A stretch of DNA of 64,000 nt from Lama glama. Its lineage: Eukaryota. How positions within the stretch are numbered: position 1 is the stretch's first letter; each line of letters begins with the position of its first letter. A program made the translations under genes and the position numbers. The notes below the pieces were generated by a model. It worked only from the letters and a program-made list of their open reading frames with translations, had not been told where the DNA came from and searched no databases. Shown piece by piece: positions 40,264-53,916 of this stretch. The stretch lies in assembly GCA_028534125.1 (NCBI GenBank), contig CM052817.1:65102001-65166000 (forward strand). The letters are read 5' to 3'.

Positions 40264-41225
40264 GTAAGGGGGTGTGTTTCTGCCAACACCTGACACAAAG
40301 AGAGAGTGTCATGTAGACTCAGCCCTCATGTTCACTTTTTAAAATGCACATCTGTGTACGCATTCTGACTCAGTTATAATATTGACATGTTTCAAGAGTT
40401 CATCTTTATGGCTAATATTTGTCAAAATTCTGAAAAATCACTTGACTATTCTTTGGCAAAGCCAAATGGCTGAGAGTAGAAAGAAAACACACAATCCTTT
40501 GAATGGAATGATTGAGGGTGAAGGTAGCAAGTTAAGTCTAGCACATTTCTTGGATGTTTAAGATTTCTCAACAAAGAAGTCAAAATTGTATGAAATGTCT
40601 ACCTAAAAGAAGGCTAGAACAACATCACAGGCAGTTATGTAACTATATGATAAAGTCCCCAAGAAAACAGAACTTAGGACTTTACTAGTTGGGGGTGGCC
40701 AACTGTCCTCCATTTATGTGACCATATCCTTAAAGTTACTTTGCTGCATTTTCATGTACCAAAAAGACCTTCGTGGTTTATGCCTGCTGTTTTCCATTTT
40801 AAGGGTCAAGGCGCTTAACCTCTCAAGGGTCCTGGCCTGCTAGAATTCAACCTAAATATTTAGTTATTTGTGTCTCCACTAAACTGGATGCTCCCTAAGG
40901 AGAAATATTCATATTCATAGCATATTTGTTTTCAAGTCCACTCTTACTTCTTTTAACTGGGAACATTGCCTCCCAGGACAAGATCTGTGTTCTGTTGGTA
41001 CATGAGAAGGAAACAGTTTTTCCACCAATGCTGTGGAATTCTTAGACAAGGTTTAGAATAGCATGTGGTTTGAGGTTCCTAAACCTCAATTTACTTATAT
41101 GTAAAACAAGAATAATAATAGTTGGCATTGTATGAAGATTGGCTCTAATATACACAGACCTCCAAGAATAGTATGTAGCCTGCAGTAGGTGCTCACAAAT
41201 GACATCTGTTTTTATTATAGAGTTT

Positions 41226-41365
41226 TTTTTTTAATTGACATACAGTCAGTTTACAGTGTCGTGCTAATTTCTGGTGTGCAGCATAATAGTTCAGTCATAC
41301 GTATACATACATATATTTGTTTTCATATTCTTTTTCATTTTACAAGATATTGAATATAGTTCCCT
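41226..41365 (-). mobile_element. Short L1 3'-end insertion
   Basis: Poly-T + aattgacatacagtcagtttacagtgtcgtgctaatttctggtgtgcagc; flanking repeat tagagttt at 41218-41225 and 41366-41373. Confidence 0.8.
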
Positions 41366-41667
41366 TAGAGTTTGATTTTAAGATGGAAATTTTCGTGGTT
41401 ATAAATCACCCGGAATGTTATTTCTTTTTACTTGTTTAAAAATGTTAAAGTTATCTTTGCCTTCGTTATGAGCTTAAGGCATGGAATCATTTTAATTCTT
41501 GAAAAAATTTTAAGTTTAATTTTGAAACTTTTTCTCAGAAATAACACCACAATAATATTTTATTATATCTAATCTTTCAGATACGTTTACAACAAAAATA
41601 AATTATGTCGTTCAGATGTTGTAGTCCTGTATTCAAAACCTACATGTTTTAATTTCTTTTCTCTCAG

Positions 41668-41730
41668 ACTTGGAAAACAAGATGGTTCACTTTGCATAGG
41701 AATGAGCTGAAATACTTCAAAGACCAGATG
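41668..41730 (+). CDS. DAPP1: DAPP1 coding exon 6 (PH)
   Basis: ctcag|ACT TGG...CAG ATG|gtgaga; 63 bp; TWKTRWFTLHRNELKYFKDQM. Confidence 0.98.
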
Positions 41731-42412
41731 GTGAGAAACATAATATGCTTTCCCTTTAAAAATCAGCTCTGTAGGTGAAAGGAATGTCTGCCTTCAAGAT
41801 CCCAGAAATTTCCCTTGTGAGCCCATGAAACACCCTGGAGATGTGAGTTCTTGATTCCTGATGTGAGCCTCGTTCTTTTGCAAAGACAGGATGTGTATCC
41901 CAGAAACCGCTCTCTCCAGATGGTTAAGCTGTAGTTCCCCAGGGCATCTCAACCCCTCTGTTTAGGGCAACGGAATTGTTCTCTTACCTCAGTGTATTAA
42001 CTGTCTCTTGCAGTAGTTTCCCCCTTTATTAAAAATACGTCCATTTCTCATGCCCATTTCATCAAGCAGATTTAAAATTATTTCATTTTTCCACTCATTT
42101 TTCCTATATAAAATTTCTGGAAAAGTAGATGTTTAAAAACAAAGAAGAAAAGTGTGGCTCCCATCCATGTGTTAAAAATCCATCACCACCAAGTTTAAAC
42201 TGATAAAGAAAGTCTCTTCCTAGGGTCCAGTTGCATGGAAAGCCAATCCCCAAACAAGAGTGTGACATCCCTTAGGAAGGTTTTATATTTTTGGTCCCCA
42301 TAGTGGAAGTTGATAGTCGCTCATAGTGAAAGACTTGCTAGGAGAATGAATGATGAACAGATTTGTGTGTGTGTTTCTATGATGACATAGTTTGCCTTTT
42401 TTTTTTTTTAAG

Positions 42413-42498
42413 TCACCAGAACCAATTCGGATCCTAGACTTAACGGAATGTTCAGCTGTACAATTTGATTATTCACAAGAAAGGGTGAACTGTTTTTG
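42413..42498 (+). CDS. DAPP1: DAPP1 coding exon 7 (PH)
   Basis: poly-T aag|TCA CCA...TTT TG|gtaagt; 86 bp; SPEPIRILDLTECSAVQFDYSQERVNCF. Confidence 0.97.
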
Positions 42499-44719
42499 GT
42501 AAGTTGATTTATAAAGGAAATCTTTTTAGAAGTCTTCTTGCCAGACACTTATTTTAGCTGTAGAATAAAAAAAAAATTGTATATCTTAACATGTACAAAT
42601 GTTTTGCTCTAAGGTGTGTGGGTTTAACCATCACACAGAGCATGTATGTTTTGAGTTCTTTCAACAGAGAGAGACATAATACCTCATTTAAAGTGGCTTC
42701 AACAAATAGGCAGGGCTTCTGGGCACACTGCACAAGTATGACACAGGACAGTGTGCCATTCACAGCTTAGACAGCTTTTATTCCTTTGCCATGTTTTACA
42801 CCATTTTAATTATAACTTGGTTGACTCCAACAATGGGTGATTTGTATTATGATGACAATTCTGGTAAATAGCACTAAAGTATTTTGTTCTAACACAATCA
42901 GTGTATCATCAAAATTTTCTAACTGGGAGAAATAAAGTGTCTTGAGAAGGGAGTGTCTTATTTCCCACCAACTTTTATTTTAAAGTTTTTCAAACATACA
43001 AAAATTGAAAAACTTAGATGCCCATATACCTTCACCTAGATGCATCAGTCATTAATATTTTGCTCTGTTTGCTTTATCTCTGTCGGTTCACCTTTTTTTC
43101 CTGAACCAATTGAAAGTAAGTTGTAGACATCATGGTGCTTTACCCTTAAGTCCTTAAATATGCATCTACTAAGAAGAAAAACATCACCTATAGAACTACA
43201 ATACCATTGTCCATCTAAGAAAATTAACATTAACTATTATTAATTAATGATGGTATAGTGTCAACCAATAGTGGACATCTTTTCAAAATTCTCATAAAGG
43301 TACCATATGAACTAACCGGAGTTTATATTTCTTACATAACAAGCAATCAGGAGGCAGACAGCTGCCTTAACAAGGTCAGTTCCCATGTCTCTACGATTCT
43401 CTTGGTCTTTTCCTCATGCGCTACTTCAGGGTCCAAGACAACTACTCCAACTATAGGCCTCACATTTCCATGTAAGTCATGAAGAAAGATGCAGGGATGG
43501 TATTAGGCATGTCTGCCCTTTATATCAGGAAAGCAGACCTTTTCCCAGAAACTCTTCTATCCAATTTCCCCTCGTATCTCATTGGCCCAGACTGGTCCCC
43601 TGCCATCACCAGCAGCAGGGTACTAGTATGATCATAATTGGCTCCAACTAATTATAACTTATCACCTGGGGTTCTGTAAGCAAGATAAAAGGAAAAATGA
43701 TTTGAATTAACAGACAATTAATAATGTCTCTCACAGAGAATACCAGTGACAGTTCCAGCCATCAGTTTTGTACAGTGTGTGCACAGTATCACTCCCCGTC
43801 CCCAGCCTCAGCTCTGGCTCCTCACTGCCCAACTGATCTCACATCAAGGTTTACCTTCTATCCACAGGGACTGCCTCTTGTCTATTTGACATGAATTACT
43901 GGCATAAACCAGATATATTGCTTTGGTTTTAGGATGTAGAAACTCTTCTGATTTCAGTTCAAGGCTTTTTTTTTTTCATGGAAAGTACAAAAAGAATTTT
44001 AGTGTTTTGCATCTCAGCTGTGAGGACAGAAGTATGGACAAGATCTAAGTTAGGACTGACCTTATCAGTCAGGTGATTTTGACTCTAGAGCCAAAGAGAC
44101 AGTTAGATGAGGAGTCAAGCATATTCCCAGAACAGCCTTCCATCCCAGTGGGCAAGTTCTTCTTCCTGCCAGCAGAGATTAACTAACTCATGGCAAGAAG
44201 TGGGCAGAATGAATAGTCAAAGAGTGTTATTATCTCTTTTCCCTGTCCTAACAAGTTAAAACTGCCTTCATCCACAGAGGGCAGTGTTATCCTCCTTGAA
44301 GCCAGCTAACCCAAATGAGTTACTTCAACAAACTCACTCTTATCTGTCTTGCTTATTCTTTGTTATCAGAGCACAAGTTCTGAGTCATATATCAGATTAG
44401 CTAAATAAACACACAAGCATATTCAATCTAAGACATGAACAGTAAACGGATCTGGGGGTGTTCTCGACCTATGTTTTTTCCTCTTTAGATTCTCATTAGA
44501 AAATAGAAATGTGGCCTGTATTAATAACATGAATCTACAACTTTGTCAACATTTCTGCAGTTTGCTGGCAGGACTAGCTCCACGTGTACCAATTCCTCAA
44601 ATTCTTACCCAGATTTTCTGTCAATTATTTCCCCCTTGGAATACTCTAATTAGTCTTCAACTAGTAGATGTTCAACCAACCATCTGGAGTCTCTTATGTT
44701 CTTCCTTTTGTCTTATCAG

Positions 44720-44807
44720 CTTAGTATTTCCATTCAGGACATTTTATCTCTGTGCAAAGACAGGAGTAGAGGCTGATGAGTGGATCAAGATATTACGCTG
44801 GAAGTTG
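44720..44807 (+). CDS. DAPP1: DAPP1 coding exon 8 (PH C-terminal helix)
   Basis: atcag|C TTA GTA...AAG TTG|gtgagt; 88 bp; LVFPFRTFYLCAKTGVEADEWIKILRWKL. Confidence 0.98.
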
Positions 44808-45645
44808 GTGAGTTCTGCCCGTCTCTGGATGTCTGATGCTCAGAAATAACATGTGGATAATTTCAAACATTTTTCTGTTGAAAGAATCAGATGACCCCTG
44901 AGAACCAATGGGATGTCTCCTTGCAGGCTTGCGGAATAGTTTGTTCATTCTTCTGGGACAGGGAAGGGATGGAGACAGAATAAAAGAAAGAGAACAGAGC
45001 GGCACTGGGGTTGCCGCTCTAGCCTGGCCTCATGCCCTGGTGTCTATCACTTTTCCCCTAAGTGTTTGGCTGCTCCAGTTTTGCCTGGAGAGGGACTTGT
45101 GGGACTAGAAGGTCTGACAGAGGGAAGCTGACATATTTCTATAGTAGAAGATCCTTTTAAATTGTCAGAGAAGGAGGCTTGCCAGAGAAACTTAGCTTAG
45201 TGTCCAGTGTACATAAAGTAAAAATATATCAAATGCACGTACTTTCAGACTTCTCCCTGTGCAGATAAACATTCAACTCAAAATTTAATCATTCTCTAGT
45301 GTTCTTTACCTGCTCACTTGACTTAATATATAATAAACATATTTCTGTATCAATTAATTTAGATCTGTATCTTCATTCTGATTCACTGAATAGTATTGCA
45401 CTTTATGGATTACTAAAAGTATTAGGCCAGTTCCCAATTTGTGCAGGTTTTGGCAACCCCTTTACAGTACTTCTCCGGAGAAAAAAAAAAAGTCAGGGTA
45501 GAACTTGGGGGAGGAGGAGACATGATAATTAATTTATAGGTGCATGGTTTTCTTACTAATCAGCAATTCTTATGTAATATTTATAAAATGTTGGTTATCT
45601 TAAAGTTGTTCAACAATAAATCCACGTGGGTGTGCTCTCTTACAG

Positions 45646-45714
45646 TCTCAAATAAGAAAACAGCTCGACCAAAGGGAAGGCACAATCCGATCTCAGTCAT
45701 TCATCTTTAAATAG
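45646..45714 (+). CDS. DAPP1: DAPP1 last coding exon 9
   Basis: tacag|TCT CAA...TTT AAA TAG; SQIRKQLDQREGTIRSQSFIFK*. Exons 2-9 total 742 nt, which fits a 280-aa protein if exon 1 supplies 101 coding nt. Confidence 0.97.
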   Translation, partial: SQIRKQLDQREGTIRSQSFIFK

Positions 45715-47343
45715 GCAGACCTTCCTCCGTGAGGGCTGCCCTGACCCAGGAGCAGGGTGGAATGTTCCCGAGGCTGTGAGCCACAGCAGGCTTCTTCAGC
45801 TGAAAGCTGACTAAGGATTTTTCTATAGAAACAAATCAAAAGCAGATGCAGAGTCGGACATTTCAGGACACGCCACATTTGCGGACTCACAGAAAACTGC
45901 TGCCGGTCAAGACGCGTCTCCCTGAGGATGCGGACGCATCATGGTCCTGCGGGATGCCGAGGCACCCGGCGCCGCGCCCGGGGGCTCACTCTCAGGACGC
46001 GCAGTGGGAGATGAAGGCGTTTTGCTTTCCCTCATCATGCTCCCCGAGCTGGCCAATGTTAGCTGCCCGGGGCCCCACTCGGCGCCCTGGTCAGCTCCTC
46101 TGACATCCAGGTTGTGCGCTTCCCCGGGAAGGAAACAGCTGTTTGTGTGCCCCGAGGCTGAGACCGCTTCTTCTGAAAGTGTGCTGAGAGAGCAACCCCC
46201 AAGACTGGGGACAAAGAGCGGTGTTGGTTTTGTTTTCATTCCCCTCTTTATATAAGAAACAAAACAATTTCTGAAACTAAAATGGAAAAGGTTTGCAGTG
46301 TTAATTTTCCCTTTGCAAAAGGCTCTACAGATATTCTTCTTCCCTTCTAATGATAAGCCTGTGAGAACTTAACGTCCTCTGGGCGACTAGGTAAGATGAC
46401 AAAGATAAAGGACGGTACAATCTAGAAAAACATCTTTTAGTCATTTTGGGGGAAATGTTTTAAAGAGTGAGAAATCAGTTGAGGAAGGGTGATAAAGTAA
46501 TAGATAACTTTTAGTTTAATAATTATTGTGGTCATTACTATATCATGTATTAGAATAATATGACAATAATTATTAAAACTGTAACAATAACAGAGCACGT
46601 TACTCTTAAGCACTAAGTTATCTTCATCCAGCGTTTCCCTAACAGACTGAAAGAGACTTCTCCAGGAGAGCGTGTTGTTAACAATCCCTTCCTCAGAGTG
46701 GGTGCTAGGTACTGACCCAAGAGGAATAAGACACACCTTGCTTGGCAACGATGGCCAAGCGCCCTACGCCTTATTTCAAGAGCACCTTCTGTTGCCAACT
46801 GAGGGAGCAACACTAAGTCCACACGTGAAGTGTAATGATGCGTTTCTTACACTGTGTTTTCAAACTAGATTGAGGGGACTGAAGTAGGGGGATGAGATAC
46901 CAGCATCCAGAGCTCATAAGTAGATTCTAACCCCTCCATTATCTTTATTAATGGTGGGTTTTTTGTTTTGTTTTGTTTTTTAAGATTGACTTTTGAAGGG
47001 AGAGTAAAGTGGAGGAAGAACCCAAATAAAATGATCATGATGTAAAGCTATGACTGCTCTTGCGATCCTCGTTCAAAAAGTTTCCTCTGTTATTTAAACA
47101 GCTAGGACAGAAATTACATTTTTGGATGTTTCAACAAGGCTTTTAATGTCTTGTTTGTATCACATGGGATAAACCAAATGTCAAGTTAAAATGTGTTCAG
47201 TTTGCAAAGTCAGGAGTTAGAAATCCTCACTGAAATGTACAGTTTCATGTATTGTTTTCTTAGAACCAAGGGTATTTGTGTAGGTAATATTGTTTTGACT
47301 TTTTGTACAATGTCGTGTTTATTTATATTCTGTGGTTATGTTT

Positions 47344-47349
47344 ATTAAA
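47344..47349 (+). terminator. DAPP1: Probable DAPP1 polyadenylation signal (ATTAAA)
   Basis: U-rich upstream sequence with TGTA motifs and a GT/T-rich downstream element; an alternative AATAAA lies at 47025-47030. Confidence 0.55.
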
Positions 47350-48713
47350 AAGACATGACTTTGCTGTGCCTGTATTTTGCTATTATGTTTTTTAATATTT
47401 AAAATTTAAAAGAAATACAAGTGATTAATATCATATATAGCAATGAAGGACCCACTTGGGTTCGACTCTGAGCTACAAAGGATGGGAGGATTCAGAGTTT
47501 AAGAAATAGTCCTCGTCCTCAGGGAGTTTCTAATTGAATATGGAAAAGATAATAAATACATACATGATCATGTATAGAAGTAAAGAAGATAAATACTGCA
47601 GGGAAGCACACAGAGCTATGATGGTGTGTGCTGAACGGGGATAAAGCCATATTTTGAAGGGTTTTTGACATGAAAAGGGCAATTAAACATATACTCACCA
47701 TGTAATTAGTGCCACCCCAGATGCTTCACCTGCTCTCAGCAACCCGAAAGGTGGTCATGATTTCACCTTGCGAGAGAGCTCAGGGAAGGGCCCTAAGATG
47801 AGTGAGGATGTTTTAAGCCAATGGCAGATCCAGATCGGAGGCGGGGGCTGTTTGGGAGAATAGCTGTCTGTATTTAGCTCTGCCACTAACAGTATGTGCT
47901 TATCACCAAAGGAGTACCTCAAGACAGCCAAAGTATTAGCAGTCATGCTCAGAATCCCTCCCAGGGAAATCTTGCCCCTTTGACGCACTGCTCCCTCCAG
48001 ATAAGGGGTGTTCCCCCATGGTGGGGAAGGCTCTTACCGCCTCTGGGGGAAACCTGCCCCCTATTCCAGAGCCACTGGTCCTAAGAACACTCGGTAGGCC
48101 AGAGCCCTCTCTTCCCAGCCATGTGGCACTCCAGAGGGTGGGCTCTTTGATCTGGACCTCTTAAAACACGCTGGGAGTGCAGGTCAGGGAGTTATGCTGA
48201 GTCCCGGTTTCAGGCAGAGAGCAAGAGAATTATCACAGAATGAGTATCACTCCTCCCTCCCTCCTCCACTACTACTTCAGGTCGCATGCAGCAAACCCGT
48301 ATTTTTGCCAAACTCTTCCTGGTCACACTGTGTTTTAAACACCAGCTTCCACCACACCCCAGTTGGAGAAACAAGAACTGTGATTGTTACATTTCCTCCT
48401 TATTTTGTTATAAACGTGTGTCCATACAAGAAAGCAAGTGTCTTCTTCCTCTCTTATCCCATCATCTAACATAAGGTGTCTTAAAAATGGTCAACTTTCT
48501 ATCACAGTATGTAAGCCACAGTGTATCAATGAGAAATGTGAACATCACCCAAGGACTTTGCATCCTCTTCTGGGGAAAAGGTTAACATGTTCTCAGGTGT
48601 ATGCAGGATAGTTTTATCACGTTAAGCAGAAGTACGACTTGGTTACAGTCTTTATTTGGAGAGTAAACATGGTTTAAGAAGATGGGTACAGGTGCCAAGC
48701 TACAAGGGCAGAC

Positions 48714-49085
48714 TGCAAAGGTGAAATTTATGTGTTAACTTGACGAAGCACCCAGTTACTCGATCAAACATGAATCTTGATGTGGGTATGAGGGTATTTC
48801 ATAGATGTGCTTAATAACATCTACAATTCCCTGAATTTAAATAAAAGAGGTTATCCTCAATGATACGGGTGAGCCTCACCTAATCAGCTGAAAGGCCTTA
48901 AGGGCAAACAGGCTTCCATGGGGAAGAAATTCTGCCTGAAGACTGCAGCTTCAGCTCCTGCCTGAGATTTTTCAGCCTCCTGGCCTGCTCTACAGATTTT
49001 GGACTTGCCAATTTCCAAAAACCACATGAACAAGTTCCTTGAAATAAATCTAATCCATATATATCCTACTGGTCGTTTCTTTAGC
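48714..49085 (+). mobile_element. ERVL solo LTR (MLT2-like)
   Basis: gtgaaatttatgtgttaacttgac...tcagctgaaaggccttaag...gaagaaattctgcctgaagactgcagc...ttccttgaaataaatct...atatcctactggtcgtttct. Confidence 0.85.
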
Positions 49086-50491
49086 AAACTCCAAATGATA
49101 AAACTTTCTTCCCCAAATACCTCATCACCACCTTATTATCAATTTTGCTGCTTGAAACATTTTATTTGTTTTTATTTTTATTTTTAAAGTTACTTTAAAT
49201 TATTTTTGAATAGTTAAAAATTCAGAAAGTACAATGAAGTTTACAGTAAAAAGGTGCACTTTTGAGCTCTCTGTCCCCCAGGTACCTAGTTCCACTCTAC
49301 AGAGGCCACCAATGTTACCAGGTTCTGTATATCTGCAGAGGTATCTATAACATACAAGCAAATACAAACATACGCATATATTGTTCCTTCCTATACATAA
49401 ACTGTAGCACATCACACAGTCACACACCATGCTGTTTTCACTGGACACTGTTTTGATCTTTCCATATCAGTATCTAAAGTCTTAGTGATTCTTTTTTTCC
49501 ACTAGGCAAATGTAGAAATTTCTTTATCTAATCCTCTGTGATTACAGTGAACATCTCATTTCTTATCTAAAGTAGGACATTTGATAGCTGAAGGGAGCAC
49601 TAATAACACACAAAGAACAGCAGGTATAAACTGGCATTGTTAAGGAAAACAGACACAAAGGTCACTTTATGATGGATACTTAGATGGTTTCCAATCCTTT
49701 AATATTACTAAAGGCTGCAAACAAGCACAGTGCCTGGCCGACCACCTCACTGCACAACTCCAGAAGCTGCTGTCACACACACGCCATGCAAAATGCACCC
49801 TGGAGCACAGAAATATGATGTAAACTGCACTCCTTAGAATTCTGCAGTGTGGTAGCTCGGATGAATGGCACATGCTCTATGCCAGGTACCACTGGCAAAC
49901 TCTGATTGTCAAAGAACCTCGGAAGAAATTAACCATGAATGATGGACTGCATTCTTGAAAATAAGCACATGCTAAACTGCAATACCAATTTCACAGAGAT
50001 TAAATTAAGCTCATGGACAAGACTTATTTTCCAACTGACAGTTTATGCTAGGTAAAACGGTCTCCAAACCAGACAAGAAACATTCACTGCTTACTCATGT
50101 GGTTGAAAGAGTGAATTAAGTTAATTATAGTCTTTAAACTTTTGAAACCGGTCTGGGGGAAAAAACCTATACAGTGCTCAAACTGTACTTTTAAAAAATA
50201 CTATTTCACTTATACTCACGTATGAAAAAAATGGCTATACTATCATGTTTACATACATACCAATATTGGAAACAGAATTCAATAATGAATCATATCTAAA
50301 TTTTATAAAGAACACACAAACATTAAAAAACACTGATTGGTTATGGAAAGCGGAGTGGAAGAAAAAACCATTAGCTATCATCTTCATTTCCATTAAAGAG
50401 CAGCACCCTCTGAGAAGAAGCGAATCAATCAGCACTACTCGCCTATACTGCAAAACAATATACACAAAGGAAAGTTAGTGATTGTACTGGT

Positions 50492-50497
50492 TTTATT
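50492..50497 (-). terminator. LAMTOR3: Probable proximal LAMTOR3 polyadenylation signal (AATAAA)
   Basis: tttatt on the + strand, about 470 nt past the stop; followed on the - strand by GT-rich ctttgtgtatattgttttg. Confidence 0.55.
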
Positions 50498-50968
50498 ACT
50501 TTTACTAAGCCGTTTTATCTTCCTCACACTCAATGCAGAGAAAACAATATGAAGAAAAATATGTACTCATTATTCACAATAAAAAGTCTGCTGCACTCTG
50601 CAGGCCTGGCGTACTGTACAACAGGGAGCACCTCACGGCTCAAGTGGATCAAAGTACCATTTTGATTCTGACCCACCGAATAGACTCTCATGCATATTTG
50701 GTGACTGGACTAACTCCATGGGAGCTGGGATAGAGTGAACAGTTTCTGTGGTATCCCCAGATCTCACTAAGAAAAGACTCTACACAAGAAAAGATAACAA
50801 TCAATCTGTCCATAAAGTCTATCTATAGGCTCTGTCTTCAGTGTAAGCTGGCAAAGGGGGCCCTTTCTCGAGCACATGGACGCAGGTATTGTTGCGGTGT
50901 AAAGATTGCTGGATTGATACTGTGTCTGTTGTAATGAAGATAAGATACACATTGAAACCACTGCCAGA

Positions 50969-51042
50969 TTAAGAAACTTCCACAACTTGTCTCAATTCTT
51001 CAAATAATGGAGCAAGTTCCTTTTCTAGGCTGACAATTAGTC
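50969..51042 (-). CDS. LAMTOR3: LAMTOR3/MP1 last coding exon
   Basis: ttttag|GA CTA ATT...TCT TAA; 74 bp; LIVSLEKELAPLFEELRQVVEVS*. Confidence 0.98.
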
Positions 51043-52726
51043 CTAAAACAAAGAGATAAAAATTTTGAATATTAGAAAAATTAGTTACTGAAAAGTGGAT
51101 GAGACATAGTTTTTTCCCCATAACTAAAAGAAAATATTGTAATTCTAAATAAAGTAACCAAAAAAATCTGTATTCATTATGAAGTTTATTTTCATCATCT
51201 ATTACTAAATAAATGAAAATATTTATATTCATTAGAAGATATAAAATGAATTCTATATATGCTATAATTTTGCTAGTTTTGAAAGGAAAATGTTAATTTA
51301 TACCTTATTATTTAAAATCTAATTCAGGAATAATATACATAATTTTTACTAAAAAAGGTACACTTTTTTCCTGAGCCAATTTTAATCAACTTTATCAAAA
51401 GATAGGTAGATAGTAAAGGAATAATCAGGTATTTATTATAATAAATTAAATAAAGCTAAGGCATAAGCGTATTTCAAAAGAAAAAAAAATGTTAAAGACA
51501 CTTGGTAGGAGTATAAAACATACACTTCCATGTTTGAAAAGACACAAGCTAGTCTGGAAATTTGCATATCTAGCTTCTCCTTAGTTTACCAGAGTAGAAG
51601 GCTAGATATTTTAAATACTGCTTGTTCTATGCTCAAAGATCTTCCACCATCTCACAGAGCATTAAAAGCAGCTGGGGTTCTCAAGGAACTGTTCTAAGTA
51701 ATAGAGATATAACTCTGCACATTATCATAATTTGTAACAGCAGATGATTTTATAATGCGATAGTGTTTGATCACAACTGAGGTTTAATATACTTAAAATT
51801 TTGACATAACTATCCTATGCAATTTACAAAATGTTTTCATATATAGTATTTTACAGCTTCAAAACATTTAGTAATGGAAGAGACCTAGCAGACCATCAAA
51901 TCTAAACCTCTCATTTTAAGGATGAGGATCTAAAGATAGGCTTCAGTGACACACCTAGAAACAGAACTGGCTTTGGAAATCAAAAAACAGAAGAGGAATG
52001 TACGACAGTTCTAAACAGCAGTTAAATCTGAAGGAGACAAATCTTAAAAAATTCCACTTTAACCAAAAGAGAGTTCAAAACTAAACAAAACAAAACAAAC
52101 TACAATTCAATTGAATACTGTCATTATTTTACACATACATAAGCAGAGAAGGTTACTAGGTATGGTGAGATCCTGCTATCCTTAGAAAGTACAGCTTCCT
52201 GGTGTCCTCAAATTCCTCAACTCTCAAAAATACAAATATGTTTATCCTACTCATCTTTAAATTCTCAATCAGATTCATCTTGCCCACTACGGTTCAAGAT
52301 TTTAAAAATTCTAGTCTATACGTGATTGAACTCATCCTTGATTATTTTTATGTGTTTTGCTTGGTTATCTTTTCTATTCTCTTTTTGTTTTCTTAAACTG
52401 CTATAATGTTACAAAGATACCACATTCAAGAAATGAAGACAATTTAATTTTCCTTTCTACCTTAAACAATCACTGACCTATACACTGTCTCATTTGAACT
52501 AAAAAATAATCCCGTAAGATGGAGAAAGCAGATATTATCTCCATCACGCAGATATGGAAAACAGAATTCAGGGAAATTACACTTTCAGAAATCAAGGAAT
52601 AGATTGCCTAGCTGGGCCACGAGTTCAGGTTTTCTTACTCTAAACTTCCCATTCCTATCATATCAGACTATTCAGATATGGCATTATAAAGAATTAAAAA
52701 TTATATTTAAGGTAATTGAAACACAC

Positions 52727-52790
52727 CTGTATTGGCATTGCTGCTGGCAATGAAACTCACCACCAAAGGTAAACGATTGAACTGAACCAC
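52727..52790 (-). CDS. LAMTOR3: LAMTOR3 coding exon
   Basis: ttttag|GTG GTT...ACA G|gtgtgt; 64 bp; VVQFNRLPLVVSFIASSNANT. Confidence 0.98.
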
Positions 52791-53916
52791 CTAAAAAGAG
52801 AGTAAGATCTCTTATTATGTTATGTTATATAGGAAATAGGATAATTTAAATGAAATGTCCTGATCTTTCAAAAAACTTTAAATGGTTGATGTATAAGATA
52901 CTAGTCTCACATGGTATATTACACCATGAAACATAAAAGACCTGAAAATAAGTTTTTCCATAAAATAGACTTTTGATTATCTCTTAGAGACATTAATACA
53001 CTTAGCCTGGAAAGTTTTTAAGGTAGGGCTGAGTCTTCATCTTTCTATCTTCTAAAGCCCTGCAGAGTGTCAATTACATAATAGGGGCTCAATAAATATT
53101 TGATAATTAAATAGCTAAAGGCAGTACTTCTCAGTCATTCACGTGGTTATAATGTCATGCTTTTTTGCCTCCTGTGTACCACTACAATTTAAATTAATTT
53201 AAATTTAAATTAACTTTGAATCAACCATCTTTCTAAAACTTAGCTTCAACCTAACCTTTATTGGTTAAATGAAAGGTCAGGTGGGCTGATTATCTTTTGC
53301 CTAACACGCATAAGATATATAACTTTTAAAATAAAAAATGTCCCTTATGCATCATCAGTAGTACATAACTTATACTCTGGGAAACATTGCTCTAAAGCAG
53401 AAGCTAGTCATTCATTTTAAAGAAGAATATCCAGCTAGATCAAGAGATATGTAGCAACTAATTTCTTTCTCACAAATAATAACCTCACTTACTTTATATG
53501 TATATTTAAGGCCAACTGAAGGAATCAGTAGCAATAACAAAGTTGAATAACTTACCATTTGACTTTCAAGAGAAAGTCTGTATGCCACAACAACCATTAA
53601 AAACGTGTGTCAGTTGAGAAATCAGTTGTTAAGCTAAGGGCACCATCTACTGGAGGTAACAGTGACCTGACATAACCTTTTTAGGGTAACACTTTACTAT
53701 TACACCTCTTTATCTTAACTGTCCATATTAATTGATTCTTGATGTAAAATGTGAAAAAAAATTACTATAGGTTAACAACCAATTTGAAGGCTAAGATTTA
53801 AAAATTCCACCACTTGAACACTAAAATTTAGAATTACAAAATAAGCTCTTTTATACAGAAGACATAACAATGATAGCTGAAATCATCAGTGAACCACTCG
53901 GCAATTATGAACTTAC

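Noticed and set aside
42395..42412. Unusual AAG splice acceptor of DAPP1 exon 7
   Set aside because: AAG acceptors are a recognised minor class; the strong poly-T tract and in-frame exon indicate normal splicing.
53186..53213. Overlapping 20-bp perfect palindromes (aatttaaattaatttaaatt)
   Set aside because: Pure A/T low-complexity sequence, expected by slippage in an AT-rich intron.
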